A stretch of DNA of 64,000 bases from Ramazzottius varieornatus (lineage: Eukaryota > Animalia > Tardigrada). This document shows, piece by piece, positions 1 through 12,923 of this stretch (the stretch's first letter is position 1; each line of letters opens with the position of its first letter). The stretch is from contig BDGG01000018.1 in NCBI GenBank assembly GCA_001949185.1, positions 496,001 to 560,000 on the forward strand. The letters are read 5' to 3'. The notes below the pieces were generated by a model that saw only the letters and a program-made list of their open reading frames with translations, was not told the origin of the DNA and ran no database searches. The position numbers were made by a program, and so were the translations under genes.

Positions 1-1020
1 CGACACCGAGAGCCAAGAGTGAGAAAGAAGTGATCGCCGAGAGTCTCTTTAGGTCGCCGCTCAACACAAGGGACTTGTCAGACGACGATACGGGACCGGA
101 ACCCACTGTCAAGGTGGTGCCTACACCCAAACCTGCTGCAGCTGTCATCAGTAAGTATCAAGCTCCAGAAACGTTCTTCCGAATTTTGAGCAAACAATTT
201 GCGTTCTTTGTGAGGCCGATGAACGAAGCGTACAAGAGTGTCATTACAAGTGGCGCATACTTTCCGCTGATAACATGGAAATGTGCGCCACTTGAGGTAT
301 CCATATTGTACGCCTCGTTACCCATCTTATAAGAGCCAGACACGATTACTCAGTTCGTTAGAAGTAAATTTAAGTGTCGAGGAGAACTACGGTCGTCTCT
401 TTGCAGATGCAGCGCCGTATAAGATGAAGACGGACGATTTTCCCGGTCTGGCCAAAGCTCCACCGAAAGCCCCAGTCTATGTCCCTGAAAGACAGCCTGA
501 TCGTGTGCGACAACAGAAAGGTAAGCTCGAAATTTAGACTTTGCTTGTGAACTGCTCGAGGTGGAAGAAAGAAGGCCGTTTTGCTGTTTCAGAGTTGAAG
601 TCGCAGTGGGGCAACACGGTGGTCCAATACGAGACGGTCTTCACCTACGTCCCGCCACCCAACGCCAAAGAGCGCATCGTGGCTCTGCTATCGACAGTGC
701 AGCCGCTGGAAGTGAAAGGCAGTAAGCTGTCGCTGGAGCACCTTCAGAAGGAGCTGATGGAGGAGAAGATATCGGCCTTGGAGTTTTGGATGGAGACGCA
801 GCGCATCATGGGCAAGAAGTTTGCTCAAGTGATGCCCGAAGTCATCGCCCTCATCCCCAGTCTGACGGTACAGCAAGACCTCTTTGAAGTGGCCAAGACG
901 CCCATCTACGGAAGCCAGCAAGTGTCCAAAGCCTTGCTGCCTTGTTCTACGTGTAGGCAAGTGCTGAAAACGGGGGCTGATAAAGAAGCTCATGAGAAGG
1001 TTCATAAAGGAGGGAAATAA
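1..1020 (+). CDS. ZNF598: E3 ubiquitin ligase ZNF598/Hel2-like, 3' part (exons <1-150, 407-520, 593-1020)
   Basis: Two phase-1 GT-AG introns (151-406, 521-592) join the ORFs in frame. Motifs: DDFPGL, YVPPPNAKER, FAQVMPEVIALIPSLTVQQDL and a terminal C2H2 finger CSTCRQVLKTGADKEAHEKVH. These match the known ZNF598 C-terminal layout. Confidence 0.8.
247..294. repeat. Family A intronic inverted motif, 1 unit (ZNF598 intron)
   Basis: CAAGTGGCGCAT-N24-GTGCGCCACTTG. Confidence 0.85.
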
Positions 1021-1268
1021 GTAGCTGACTGCTTCCAGCGCCAAAACGTCTGATCTTTGGCTTCTTTTGCTACTGCGCTTTGTCTGACTGCCTTTCAGGC
1101 ATACAGTTGTGGCGGTGTATGCTGGCACTAGCCTGGCTCACTTGCGAAATGATGTCGCCAGTTTCCGTCAAGTGTTCCCCTCATTTTCTTCCCATATACC
1201 CTATGTGCTGGGGTCTTTGCTCTGAATAAAGGAAAAAGGCGGACGACGGAGGTGACAAGTGAAACTTA

Positions 1269-1544
1269 GGCTGCGTTTCGTAAGTCAAAAATCCTAGTTA
1301 ACAACCAGCTTTTGCACACGTGACTGTCGACGTCACGAACGGGGTAGGTGCTGGGTTAACGGTTAACTAGCATAAAAAGGCTAGTTAACGGTTAACCCGA
1401 TTCAATCAAGCACACGTAAATCACAGTGCAGTTTGACTGTCCAAGCTCGTCTTTTTCAAGCATCTTTCTAATGTTCGTCCGTAGCTCTGACGTCAGCAAT
1501 CACGTGGCGGGTTATCAATTAGGGTTGACTTACGAAACGCAGCC
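1269..1544. mobile_element. PIF/Harbinger (Tourist-like) MITE
   Basis: Perfect 20-bp TIR GGCTGCGTTTCGTAAGTCAA, flanked by TTA at 1266-1268 and 1545-1547. Confidence 0.85.
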
Positions 1545-1547
1545 TTA

Positions 1548-2216
1548 TGCCCCATTCGTGCTTACGCGTCGGCGACAGAAGACAGCAGTAAAAACGGCTT
1601 TTTGGTGGCGTCATCGTTCGCACTTCCAGCGGCGAAAGTTCTGGGGCTGCAACGAAAGTTTTTGAGAACGAACGGTCCATTACTTAGCTTTTTCCGCTCG
1701 GTTTTTCGCCTCAACTTTTTCGTTTAGTGCCGTATTTCGCAACCTACGGGAATCAGGGTGAGCAGCCTGCGGAAAATGTTTTTCTGGCTGATTTTACTTT
1801 GGCGCGTTTTCTGTCTTCCTGTAATACAACCCCTTCTGTACTCACCCAGGATCTCTTGCATAGAATCTATCGAGGTATGTACTGACTCCTCGAGAAATGA
1901 CTGATGACGGGAATACCGAGGAGATGCATGAAAGGAATCTTGAAAGAGCAAAGGCAGTCGGCCACTTCCGAAAGGTTGTGGCCTATGACATGACACCACA
2001 CAATATGACATGAACTGACCTGACATTCCGTTTCTGCCGCATCGGAGTATGAACGACAGGCAGTTTTACGGAAAGGTGCAGAGAGTCAAAACTTGGCGAA
2101 AAAGTTGTAACATCATGCCTGAGTCAGAAATTTGCGAACCGTCGACAGCCGCATTACTTGATTGCAAACTTCTCGCCTTTGACTTCTGTCGCCGACGCGG
2201 AAGCACGAATGGGGCA
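1548..2216. mobile_element. Second PIF/Harbinger-type non-autonomous element
   Basis: 34-bp TIR TGCCCCATTCGTGCTT(A/C)CGCGTCGGCGACAGAAG with 1 mismatch, flanked by TTA at 1545-1547 and 2217-2219. Confidence 0.85.
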
Positions 2217-2402
2217 TTACAGTATAGTACGGTAACTGATGGAGTAAACCCCACGCTTGACTTGATTGTCGGACAAGGAAACCAAAGAGATTTTACAGTC
2301 AAAAGATTTATAATAGTGCTCTAGGTTATTTCTTGAGTCGGAAGTGTGTAGGCAGTACAGTACAGTACGCGTACTGTAGGATAGGGGGCATAGCTCTAGC
2401 CT

Positions 2403-5400
2403 CTAGGCAATAGAGTGTCTTAACTGGCCCGATATGGCACGTAGTAGGCGTAACTGGTCGGCCGTGGGAAAGAGGTTGCGCTGGTGCAGACGTCGAGGCA
2501 GCTTGACAGCGTGGGCCACCTGCCTAACCGTCACTTCTATCTCCTTCCAGTGTTCCTTGCGCAGATTTCCATGAGGTTCGTTTAGCAGATTATCCATTGT
2601 ACAAAACAGTGTGACGTCGAACAAGACAGCGCCGAAGCTGCTGTACAGTCTGCTGGAAAAGCGCAAGGTGCAATCCCACAGGAGGGAGCAATGACGCAAG
2701 TCCATGTTGCTCAACTGCTCTGTCAGGAAGGCCTCCAAGCTCTCCATGCCACCCTGATACAGACCTTCCACTAGGACAATGTGGACCTGACCGTCGTCGA
2801 TGTAGAAGCCCGTCAGCACATCGGACTGGTCGAATGGCAGGGAGGCTTGCCTCAAGGTGACCTTTGGGCCTTTGGCTACGACGTCGAGGCTGAGCGTGGG
2901 TGGATACATCAGCAGGTCGTTCATGACGGCCATCCCCATCTTGTGCTCCTTCTTTAGGCTCAGCCAGTCGGCGTTCCACTCTTTAACGTAATGGCAGATG
3001 GCGGCAACGACTTTGGAGAAGGCTCTTGCCTTCGGAAAGACCAAGACGCAACGTCCGAAAGGTGTCGACCCGGTCGGCCCACTGGCGTTGATCAGCTCAC
3101 CCAGCGGAAAGGCTACCGAAACTCGAACTCGTAGAATGGTCTGCGCATCTGAAATGGACATGATATCTCACTGCACAGAAAGTGAACAACAATTCCGTAG
3201 AAAAAGACCAAAGTAGGCCAAAATGTTCCATACATGGAAAAGCTTCGCGGTCGACGAGCAAAGTGCTACTGGTTGGGGGAAAAACTGATGGTGTACCAGG
3301 ATAACGGTTTCTTAGAGCGCGGGAAGAGGCTAGGTAGAAATTCGGCCAGCAGTCTTTCGTTTGACTGAAAGCTGCCTAAGCTCCATCTTTTAGTCGATCC
3401 CAGTTCTACCTGTTCGCTGCCTATCTTACCGTTTGCGCCTCTCCTGGCCTTACTTTGAAGTGGCTGGACTTATATGTTTGGTGGGAGATTAACCAACCTT
3501 GATAGCGACCTTCGGCGTGGGGCGTGACCTTTTTCGGTGTGGGTGGAAGCTCTTCCTTGCCTTTGTTCTTTCTGCTTCCCGTAGTGTCCGGTGTCTTGGC
3601 AGCCGGCATTGCCTTGTTGGCCCCTTTACCGTTGTCAGCTCCATGGTAGGCTTCGGCGCCGTCCTTCTTCATCAAGTTGATGGCTGGCTTCTCCGCCACT
3701 TTCCACTTGGCCGGATGAAGATTGAGCGCTTCGACCGGAAGGAGGTATTCCATTTCTTTCAAAGCGAAGGCGTAGAAGGGATACAAGTCCAGCTTGGCCA
3801 GCCCATAAACATTGGGACAAAGACCGTCTCCTCTTTCCCGATCATGCAGCTGCATCTCCAGCGGAGGACCTGCCAGCAAGTATACACGGAAAAAGCAACC
3901 GGAAAGATAACACTGTAACAACCTCTAAACGTGTCCTTACCAGTTAGAAACTCCCTCAACAATTCCGGGTCGAACTGACTCATGAAGGTAACAACCGCTT
4001 CGTTCCAGAGGATATCCGTCCGTTGCACCTTCGGTGTTGTCTTGAGCCTTTCCAGTCCGAAGCGGTCAAACTCGACGTACACTGGTTGACACGTCTTCTG
4101 CAACTGATCATAGTCAACCGGCAAAGGCGGAAGTCCCTCGACGCTGACTATCGATATAGTCAGCGGACACAGGTGAATCTTCTGCCCTAGGCTGAAGAAG
4201 TGGCAATCCTTGATAGCCAAACGGAAGAAGCCGTCATAGATGGTCGACAGTAACTCGCTCTTGTCGTCCTTCGACGGACCAACTTTCGGACTGAACGTGG
4301 CGCGCACAGTGACAGCATTACCCCGCAGAAAGAGTTGTGCGCCTTTGCCTTGGAACTTGAAGGTCGGTGTTTTACAGGCTTCCGTCTTTCGCTTGGTGGC
4401 CAGCTGCTCTTCTTTGGCGTTGGCATTAGCCACCTTCTTTGACTGCGTCGCTTTCGGTGGAGTCTTGGGCGCTGGTGACTGGCTGTTCCCTGTTTCCAAA
4501 CTGAGAACAAGAGCCACATCCGGCACTAGAGGCTGGACATCTCGACGACACCAGTCAGGCATTGACACTAAGAACCTCTGTAACCAAAACGGCAGTCTTG
4601 CTTAGTGTCAACCATTGAGCTTGTAACGCAATGCGGGACGTCGCAAATGAATTCGACCAGATCGTTATCCAAAGTGGTGCATGTTCTCGTTGCTGTTTGC
4701 AGACTGTGCCCCACTTTGGAACGATGGAGTGAATACATTGTACTGTAATGCTTCAGGAACTTCGCGAAGCTCGTCATCATATATATACGTACAGTTGAAC
4801 CCCGGTTCGAAGGTTTTGCCCTACCAACCCCCTAAGGCATTTTTGGCGCATATGATGACGTGGTTTGCGAAGTTCATGAAGGCATTACAGTACAATTTTA
4901 CATTGTATAATTCGTTCGCCGCAATTTCGGTTCGCTTGTTTCCTTTCTGGTTTTCCCCGCTTTCCGCTGTGTGTTTCTGTTCCTTCTCACCATCGACACT
5001 GAGTGGGATAGCTGAAAAAGTGGGTAGGAGAATTTTCCGTGGGTTCTTCAAGTCTGCTTTGGCGCGTGGACCTAGTCGGTCGGCCGATTCATACACATCG
5101 ACATCCACTGTGAAGCCTTCCAATCTTCGGGTGACCGATGCGGTCATCCATACTTCAAACTCGACTTCAATCAGGGCAAACGTGTGCCCATTCTGACGGA
5201 AGTAACGGAAGAGCTTAGGCTTGATTTCTTCGTAGTGAGCAGTCCTTGATGCGCTTTCTATAGTGAGAAACATTGGTACAAAGAAAGTCATAACGTGCGC
5301 GACTTGATCGGAGAAGGCAATCTTTCTCACCCGACTTATATCCGTAATATACCTTGGCCATGTATTCCATGCTGATGATGTCGACGTAGAACTTTGATAT

Positions 5401-5751
5401 CTGTTTATCCGGAGGCTTGTCCGTCGTTTCTTCCGAAGGTAGGGAGAACTCAACATGGTAAACTTGGTCGGTATTCAAAGTTATCCCACCAGGAAGTGGC
5501 GCTTCGGCCTTCTTCTTGCCTTCACCAGCGCCTGTCGCTTCCTTGTCCAGTACCTTCTGCCATTCACCCCTTAGCTCCTCGGCTTGATCGAACGTGTCGT
5601 CTCCGACTGTGCTGTCAATCCGAAAGAGCAGCTGGACGACGAGGCTAGTCTCGTGATCATCTGGACTTCGCCGAGGATGCTCGACAGTGGCGGTGAGGTT
5701 TCTGGATGAAGGTGGAGCGCTGGGCGGCTTTTCCGCTTTCGCATTCAGCAT
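2403..5751 (-). CDS. CFAP92: CFAP92/KIAA1257-like (DUF4550) cilia/flagella-associated protein, multi-exon
   Basis: Successive minus-strand ORFs carry YHVEFSL..VDII, VYESADRLGPRAK, CPLTISIVSVEGLP..CQPVYVEF..LREFLTG/GPPLEMQLHDRER, YGLAKLDL and PFGRCVLVF, collinear with CFAP92. Internal exon boundaries are approximate. Confidence 0.7.
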
Positions 5752-6205
5752 CACCGTACCAACAAGTTATTGTATCCTGACTTTCTCATACCCACGAAAG
5801 AGAATCCGATTCTAAAATCATTCATCATCCTCCGTGCTTTAATGTCTCAAACGAACACAGGGAATTCCGCCAGTTACTAAGGCTTGTCTAAAGGCCTTCG
5901 TTTGCCCCGCTGGAAATAACACTTTGTCTGTCCCTGGTCAAGTAGCGAACGACGTCATCACAACGCTCGCCGTAGCGTTTAGACTTGCACGAAACTAGAC
6001 AAATCCGCCATGACGTCTTCAGTCGTACGCCATGTACACACCATTCGAGACCTTGGATCATAGTTCGGCGAAGCGCTCTGCTTTCTCTCTGAGCTTTTAA
6101 TCTTTGGCAAAATCAGAATGTCATGCAGAGGAATGAGATCTATAAATTAGCAGCAAGAAACCGTAAACAAAGAGAAACATGCGAAAAAACTCCGAATTAT
6201 ATTCA

Positions 6206-9200
6206 TCACGCTTTGGAAGCTGATCCAGGCGCATCCCGTCTCTTCGGTAGTTTCTGCTTCGAATGAAAATTAACAAACCATTTCTTCATGGGATATTTCT
6301 CATACAAAGTGGACATGATAGACTCTAGAATCACATAAAACAACCGGCGATTCAATGCGGAATGCTGCAACAGATCAAACAGCCTCAGAGCTCCTCGTCG
6401 AGCTGTCTGGCTGCCCATGGTGGCTTGTAGCTGCTCTGTGGTGATGGTCAAAAGAATACTTTTGGCACATACTCTGGCTGCGTACTTTGCTCGATCATCT
6501 CTGGGAGGCACAGCTTCGGCCATGGTTCCACCTGGCCACAAGGCATTCTTCAAAGCTTGTAGCGCTTTGGCGATTTCCTTTGTGGAAGTCAGATCATCGA
6601 CGTAATCAACTATCATTCGGTTGATTTTGTCACCATACACCGCTTTCATTGTGCCTTTGAGGATGGTTATCACCTGTCCTCTCAACCAAAACTGATTCGT
6701 GTTCTTCAGATCGAATATTTCATCCATCAAGACCATCATAATTCTCAAGGGAATATTCTCGTTGATCTCACGATCATAATACGTCCCGTTTTGCAGGACG
6801 ACTTTGCCATCGCGCGAGTCCAGATTCAACAGGCCAAGAAAGCCGTCCCGTAACGTGTCGCTAAGGCGGCCAACGTTGTGCGGAACGGCCCGAACGGCGT
6901 TGGTCATTGTTCGCACACTGGACAGAACCGGATGAACGACGCTATCGAATTTCCGTTCAGTTTCGTTCCGCGACATTTCGTACTTGGACGGAACCAGAAA
7001 GTTGTACATGATCTCACTCAAGCCTTCGTTATTGTTCAACACATCCTCGAAAAGTAACGTCTGAAGGTACAAATGCAACTCTTGCTTCCTCCTATTCAAC
7101 ACTTCTCCCGCCATATTGTTCAGCTTCTTCCCCGGGAAGTTCAACCCTGTTAGATTAGGAAAGCGCTTCTCGATCTGAACATGCAAGTCATGAAACTCCA
7201 TGTAACGTCTGTGGACAGTCCAGAACTTCCCATGTCCGTCTGGGTAAGAAGCTGTCACTTCGATACAGTAATTTGTGAATGTTTTACGTGTTTGTGGGTC
7301 TCGACTTTCGACGGTTGAGGTTATACCAGCTGTCAGTTTGCACTGACTGGATCTGCGCGTGGAGGATGAGTCCGTGTCGGAAGAACCGCTCTTGCTTTCG
7401 TCGATCTCTTCCATCGGCCGAAGCAGGTTCAGCTCCCACAGCATCCGCCAATACTTCTCCGACTGCTCGAAGGAGCTGAAGTAGTTGTCACGGATGGTAC
7501 CGTGGATCTTGTCTTGCATCTCTTTGAAGGAGTCAGCCGAGGGAACTTCTTGAGTCAGCAGCCGGCGAGCGCGCTTCAGCAGAATCTCGTCTTCCATGCT
7601 GACTTCGTACTGCGTCTGCTTGCTGAAGTAGTGGTTGATGATGGCCAGACCTTGGATGCGCAGAAGCTCCAGCTTGTTTTGCGTTCCGGTTTTGTGATAT
7701 TCCTGAAAGAACAAACAGGAACATTATTCGTAGAAAGCAACAGTTAGGAAGAAACGGAAAAAACCGAAAATTAATGATGTTATTACAAGTGACGCACGCT
7801 TTCGGTCAACAACACTGAAAACCTGCGCCACTTGGGAGAGCAATCAACCTCGACGAGATCGTTTTTCCCCAGTGGCAAACTCTGCCAGCCAATATCAGTG
7901 GCACCATGCGCCACGCAAGAAAGTCTTGTCGAGTTTGTTTGCGGTACTCCCAAGCACGAATCCAAATCAACCTGAAAATATCTGAAGAATTGAACAAAAA
8001 ATTAAAATTATTCTGGAAATACTTCGGAAAAACTGCGGTTGAAATTAAGTGGCACAAATACTTCAAGAAGTTGTTCGGCGGACGCGCGAAAGCCCGCACA
8101 CGTCAGGTAGAAATGTATGAGCGGAGTGCCGTTCTTCGACTCCATGTAGCTCATGAGGAAGCTCATAGCCAGCGGGTTCTCCAAGACTTCGTCCATGGTC
8201 AGCTTCTTCACCGGAACCATGCGAGCGTAGTCGTTGTAGGAGAAGCTCGAGTCTAGAGAATGCTGAGACCGGCTGTCTTCCGACCCGCTTGCCAGAAACC
8301 TGATCCTCATATCCAGCAAACCTATAGCAAACCGAGAAGTCAAATGAAAGATCGCCAAACAAACCAAATCATTCTGCAAGTGGCGCATGTCACCAGTCAA
8401 TGACAACGCAAACGTGCATCACTGGGGAAAACAATCACACTCGACAAGATTTTTTCTCTAACTGGCGCACGTTTCCAGCCGATGATACTGGAAACAACCG
8501 CCACTTGAAACAAACAATCAAACTGGACAAGACTGACTTTCCCAAGTGGCGCACGCTTTCAGCGAACAACACCGAAGATGTGCGTCACCCGGGAAAACAA
8601 TCGAACTCGACCAGATCGGTTTCCCAAGTGGCACACGTACTCAGTGTGATTGACTGGGAAAGTGCGCGGCTTGGGAAAACAGTCTGATCAAGTTTGTTAT
8701 CGAGCTATCAAATACCGAAAACAGCGAGAAAGAAATGTACTTACCTTTCAAGAATACCAGACTGTTCAACCTGGCTTTGATATCGTCGCTGGCGTTCGAC
8801 GAGACTGCCGTGTCTTTGGCTCTCTGGATGGCGATCTCCGTCATAAGCATCTGGTCGATGACGCGCAGTTCGTTCAGGTTGGAGCTGGACCGCAGAGCGT
8901 GGATAAAGCTCTCGTTATCGATGGCAATGTTCTCCGGAGTACAGAGCAGCCAGACGATGGTCTGGTTAATGTAGTCGGGATCACAGATGAGCTTGACGAG
9001 GGGCTGAAAAACTTGGGTCGTTAGAATTTCCTTGGCCAGCTCGCGGTATGGAAGGCACTCGAAGGCGCGCTGACTGCCGTGCATGTAGAGAAGCAGGTGG
9101 CTCAACTGGAAGAAGTACTCCTTCTCCGTCGTGTAATCTGAAACAAACAAAACATCTTCACTCAACTCATCTCCAAATCACGTGGAATGAAAAGACAGCG

Positions 9201-10054
9201 CCAAACAAAGTGAAACGCTACTGCACAATCAAGAATGACATGAATTAATCACTAATCTTGCAGGACGCATGACGTCACGCTCAGTAAAATGGACCGTTGG
9301 CTAAACAGAAACTTTCGATCGCCGGCTGCGATGTCATATCTAACGATAAGGTATATGGCGTGACACGCATTACACACCCCTTGTTATGACATGACCTCCA
9401 CTATCCAGTACCTTACATCAACATAACATTACCTATGCAAACAGCTGCTCGCGAATATCCAATCTCCTTCTCTTCCAGCTGGAAGAAGGTCTGCTCCGTC
9501 GTTCTGTCCTTCTCCACCGTCTTCGTGGCATTCCTGTACAGCTTAACGTGTGCTGCGAACTCGTTGACCAAGTCTTCTGTACAGATCTGCAGCCAGTTAA
9601 TATCTTTGCAGAGAGCTGAGAAGTCAATGATGAAGTTGTGCAGTTCCGCGCGAAGGTAGTGGGGAAACTCGGCGTCATTCTTGAAGTAGTACGAATACCA
9701 GGAGAGAATGTAGTCGCGGAAGATGTATGAGAGGATATCTTGTAGCTGTTCGTCCACCTGACTGCAACCTGTCAGGCGTTTATCGAGCTTGGGTAACTTC
9801 GGTCGCGTCGTCTGGTCTTTGTACCAGAAACGGCTGGTGAAGTAATCTCGGGGTACGGTGAGCAAGGGGAATTTATGACGGCGGAGGTAGGAGCGGCCGT
9901 AGAGCGAAGCGGTGTAGACGAAACCCAGGAGGAAGAGTGCCGAGCCGTAGAAGAGCAACCAGAAGAATTCGACGAAGTCGAACCCGATGAGCTTGAGGGA
10001 GAGAACGGCGACGATGGCCGCGATGGAAGCTCGAAGGAAAGCTGCATGCTCCAT
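6206..10054 (-). CDS. SNX13: Sorting nexin 13 (TM-PXA-RGS-PX-PXC), multi-exon
   Basis: N-terminal TM helices; PXA (LTGCSQVDEQLQDILSYIFRDYILSWY); RGS (MDEVLENPLAMSFLMSYME); PX (WTVHRRYMEFHDLH..FPGKK); Nexin_C (IPLRIMMVLMDEIFDL..LWPGG..LNRRLFYVILE). The start codon is tentative. Confidence 0.9.
7786..7940. repeat. Family A, 2 units (SNX13 intron)
   Basis: CAAGTGACGCAC..CTGCGCCACTTG with CTCGACGAGATCG linker. Confidence 0.85.
8377..8700. repeat. Family A, 4 units (SNX13 intron)
   Basis: TGGC(G/A)CA cores at 8381, 8463, 8547 and 8629, giving a period of 82-84 bp. Confidence 0.9.
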
Positions 10055-10884
10055 TCCGATGAAGTGATCCGACTCATTCGAGTCAGGCACATTGACAGTA
10101 TGGAGTAAAGTCACATAACGAACCTATCACCAAACGGTACAATGATATTATTACAGCACGATTATGACAAGTAAACCTCGTTCCATAATCCATACTGTTA
10201 TTCATCGAAGGATGGCGCACTGGCACCGCTGCTGGCGATCTTCCTCGAGGCTTAATTCCGGATGCTCCATAATCACGACGAACAGACTTCTGCGCGGCAT
10301 CACGGTACCTTACAGTACTAGGGAAAAGAGTTATATGGAAAGAAAAAATTTACTAAATTGAGTTTTCTCGAAAATTTCGAAAAAGCAGCTCTGGAGTCTG
10401 GACCCAAAGCAAAATGAAGGAACACCTGGTACAGGGGCCTTGCTCGGCTCGTTGAACCAAAACTGGTAACCTCGACGGTCCCGACCACTTTGTAGTACAG
10501 TTGCTGGAAGTTGTCAGATTTTGGCGAATTTAGCGAATGAAGGAGCGCATGCCGAGCGCGGTACTAAACTACGACATGCACCTACCTACTGCAGCCCGAC
10601 GCGCACCAACACACATAAATTACGTTATGCGGAGGAAGAAACTGCAACCCTCTTTTCTACGCTGACAAGAAACAATCGGGACAAAACAGAACGATACACA
10701 TTAACATAACTTTACGAACTAGCTGACTACAGTTCCGCATCGTTACTTGCGCCGTCAGAAAATCACGAAATATATAATTATTGTAGTTTTACACAAGTAA
10801 CCGTGTGGAACTGAAGTCTGATAATCGAAAGACAACTTGATGGCAATTTCTTATTTACTGAGCATGATCAAATTTTTTGTATAA

Positions 10885-12923
10885 CTAGGCAGCATTGTAC
10901 AATTCCATATGTTGAAGACTATTATCAAACGTGTCAAAGTCTCTCAAGCGTCTCATATTGAAAGCAAAACTCATCAGAACTGCTATATTATTTTTCTTCA
11001 TCTGATATCGCTTTTTTCCAAAGAACGAGTTGATAACACTAAAACATCTCTCAACCTCCACCGAATTAACTGGTGTCCATATATTCTGGAGAGCAATAGC
11101 ATGCAAGACTGCTAGTTCCTTCGAGTGGCTTCTCCAGAACGAATCCAGGTTCTCCGTGTTAATGAACATGACTTCTTCAGCAATCTTCTGGTAGACCCTC
11201 CACCCATCCATCGGGATTTGACTTATCCCTGTAACGCCCTGCTTTGGAAGGATGGTATCTCGCATGTTGGTCCATTCTCGGTCTTCCATCATTCTCACAG
11301 CCTGGCTGAGCTCAAAAATTCTTACCCCCATCAGGAACTTAGACTCAGGATGTTCCTTGGAGACTTGATTCACTTTGGCTTTCGCTGCAGTGAGCGCAGC
11401 AACAAGCTAGGTCTTGCTTTCGGTGTACCAAAGTTTCCTTGTCCATCCGTTCGTTCTTCCTTCTGCTGGTGTGTGAGGATCCAGTTCGTTGTCCAACAGA
11501 AGACCCTCGAAAGTACTGAAGATTCTTGCTGTCGCTTTTAGCACATAAGGGGCGAATGGTAGGCTGTTGTTTTCACATTTCGTCAGCTCAGCCTCGAGTC
11601 TGTCACCGATGTGATCAATAGCGCGCAGATGAAACAGAAGCTTGTACTTTTCGTCCATGTTACTGAACATCTCCCGCACGTACTGCAGGCACTTGGCGAC
11701 TTTACCCGACACTTTCAACTGTTCGACAAAGGCCTCGATTTCGTCGATGTACTTGACCCAGTATCGTATGCTCCTCAAGTAGGTTGACCAGCGCGTCTTG
11801 CAGTAGAACACCGGGGATGTAAAGTGTAAACCTCGAGCCATGACGAAATCTTTGAACTGCTGCTTCCTTGCACCAGAATGACAGAAGAGTTTCTGAACCC
11901 GAGCCAGAAACTTGACCAGCAGCGGAAGGTTCTTGATCAGCTCGCCATGGACGTTGTTCCAAGAGTGGGCCATACAGACGACAAACTTAGCATTTGGAAT
12001 CTGTTTCTCGAGATGTTGTTTAAACGCGTTATGGTTCACGCTTGCGCCGTCTCCGATTAAGGCCAGACAGTTCACTGCATCCAGACCGTATTCCAGCATC
12101 ACGCTCTTCACAGTATCACCCGTCGTTTGTCCAGTCACACTCTTGGGAATTCCAGTCTGACGAGTTCGCCTTTGCCCGAGTTCTTCGGTATGAGTAACAC
12201 AGCAAAGAAATGTTTTTTGGCAATCGGACTGGAGTCCACTTCGATGGAATACTTCTTGCCTGTAAGAACAACTCAGTTCAGTTTCGGCTATTGTGATCGT
12301 AATATCCGATGCTTACCGCGAGACTTTTCCATGATGCGTTTCTTTTCAGCCATTTGTATTTCAGAAATACCGACTGTCATTAGCTGCTGCCTTTGAGGTA
12401 TCGCAGCGTCACCCTCTACGAATGTCCTTAGGAAATGTCTGAATTTATCGCTAGCAAGGATGGGTACACCGGCGGCAGCAAGACTCCTGAACCAGAGACG
12501 ACGAAGCTTGTTGATACGGGTCTTGACTGGCATGTTTTCGGGTCTTTCGTGCAAAACCATGGCTCGTTTCTGGACGTTGCTCTTGTGGAAGGTTGTCTTC
12601 ACATGCATCCTCATGCTGCTGGTAGGAGCCGTTACGGGCTTTTTGCAGGCTGGACAGATGACCGACTTTATGTTCCAGTCCTTCTGCTTGGTAATGCCAG
12701 ACGACGAAGCATGATAGTGGGGCTTGAGGAGGGTGTGCTGGGAAGTTCGTTTTCCTTGTTTCTTGGTCCTTTGGTGACGCTCAAGATCCGACTCGAATAC
12801 GGTCTGCTTCGTCCCGAGGGTGATCACGTTCTTGTTGCATGGATGACATAGAACGTGCTGTTTTTTCGGCGAGAAGTCGAAGTGGCGAAACTCAGGCTGC
12901 TGCAGCAGTCGCTCGGGGGACAA
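10885..12923 (-). pseudogene. hAT-superfamily transposase, inactivated
   Basis: N-terminal Zn-finger-like CPAC..HVKTTFH; catalytic-region EVD and GDGA; CxxH (CMAH); TRWST; C-terminal hATC motif NSVEVERCFS. One short intron at ~12260-12316, a frameshift near 12140 and an in-frame TAG at 11407-11409. Confidence 0.85.

Noticed and set aside
8377-8700. Family A arrays as a CRISPR array
   Set aside because: The context is eukaryotic and intronic, the 'spacers' are homologous to one another, the repeats are degenerate, and no cas genes are present.
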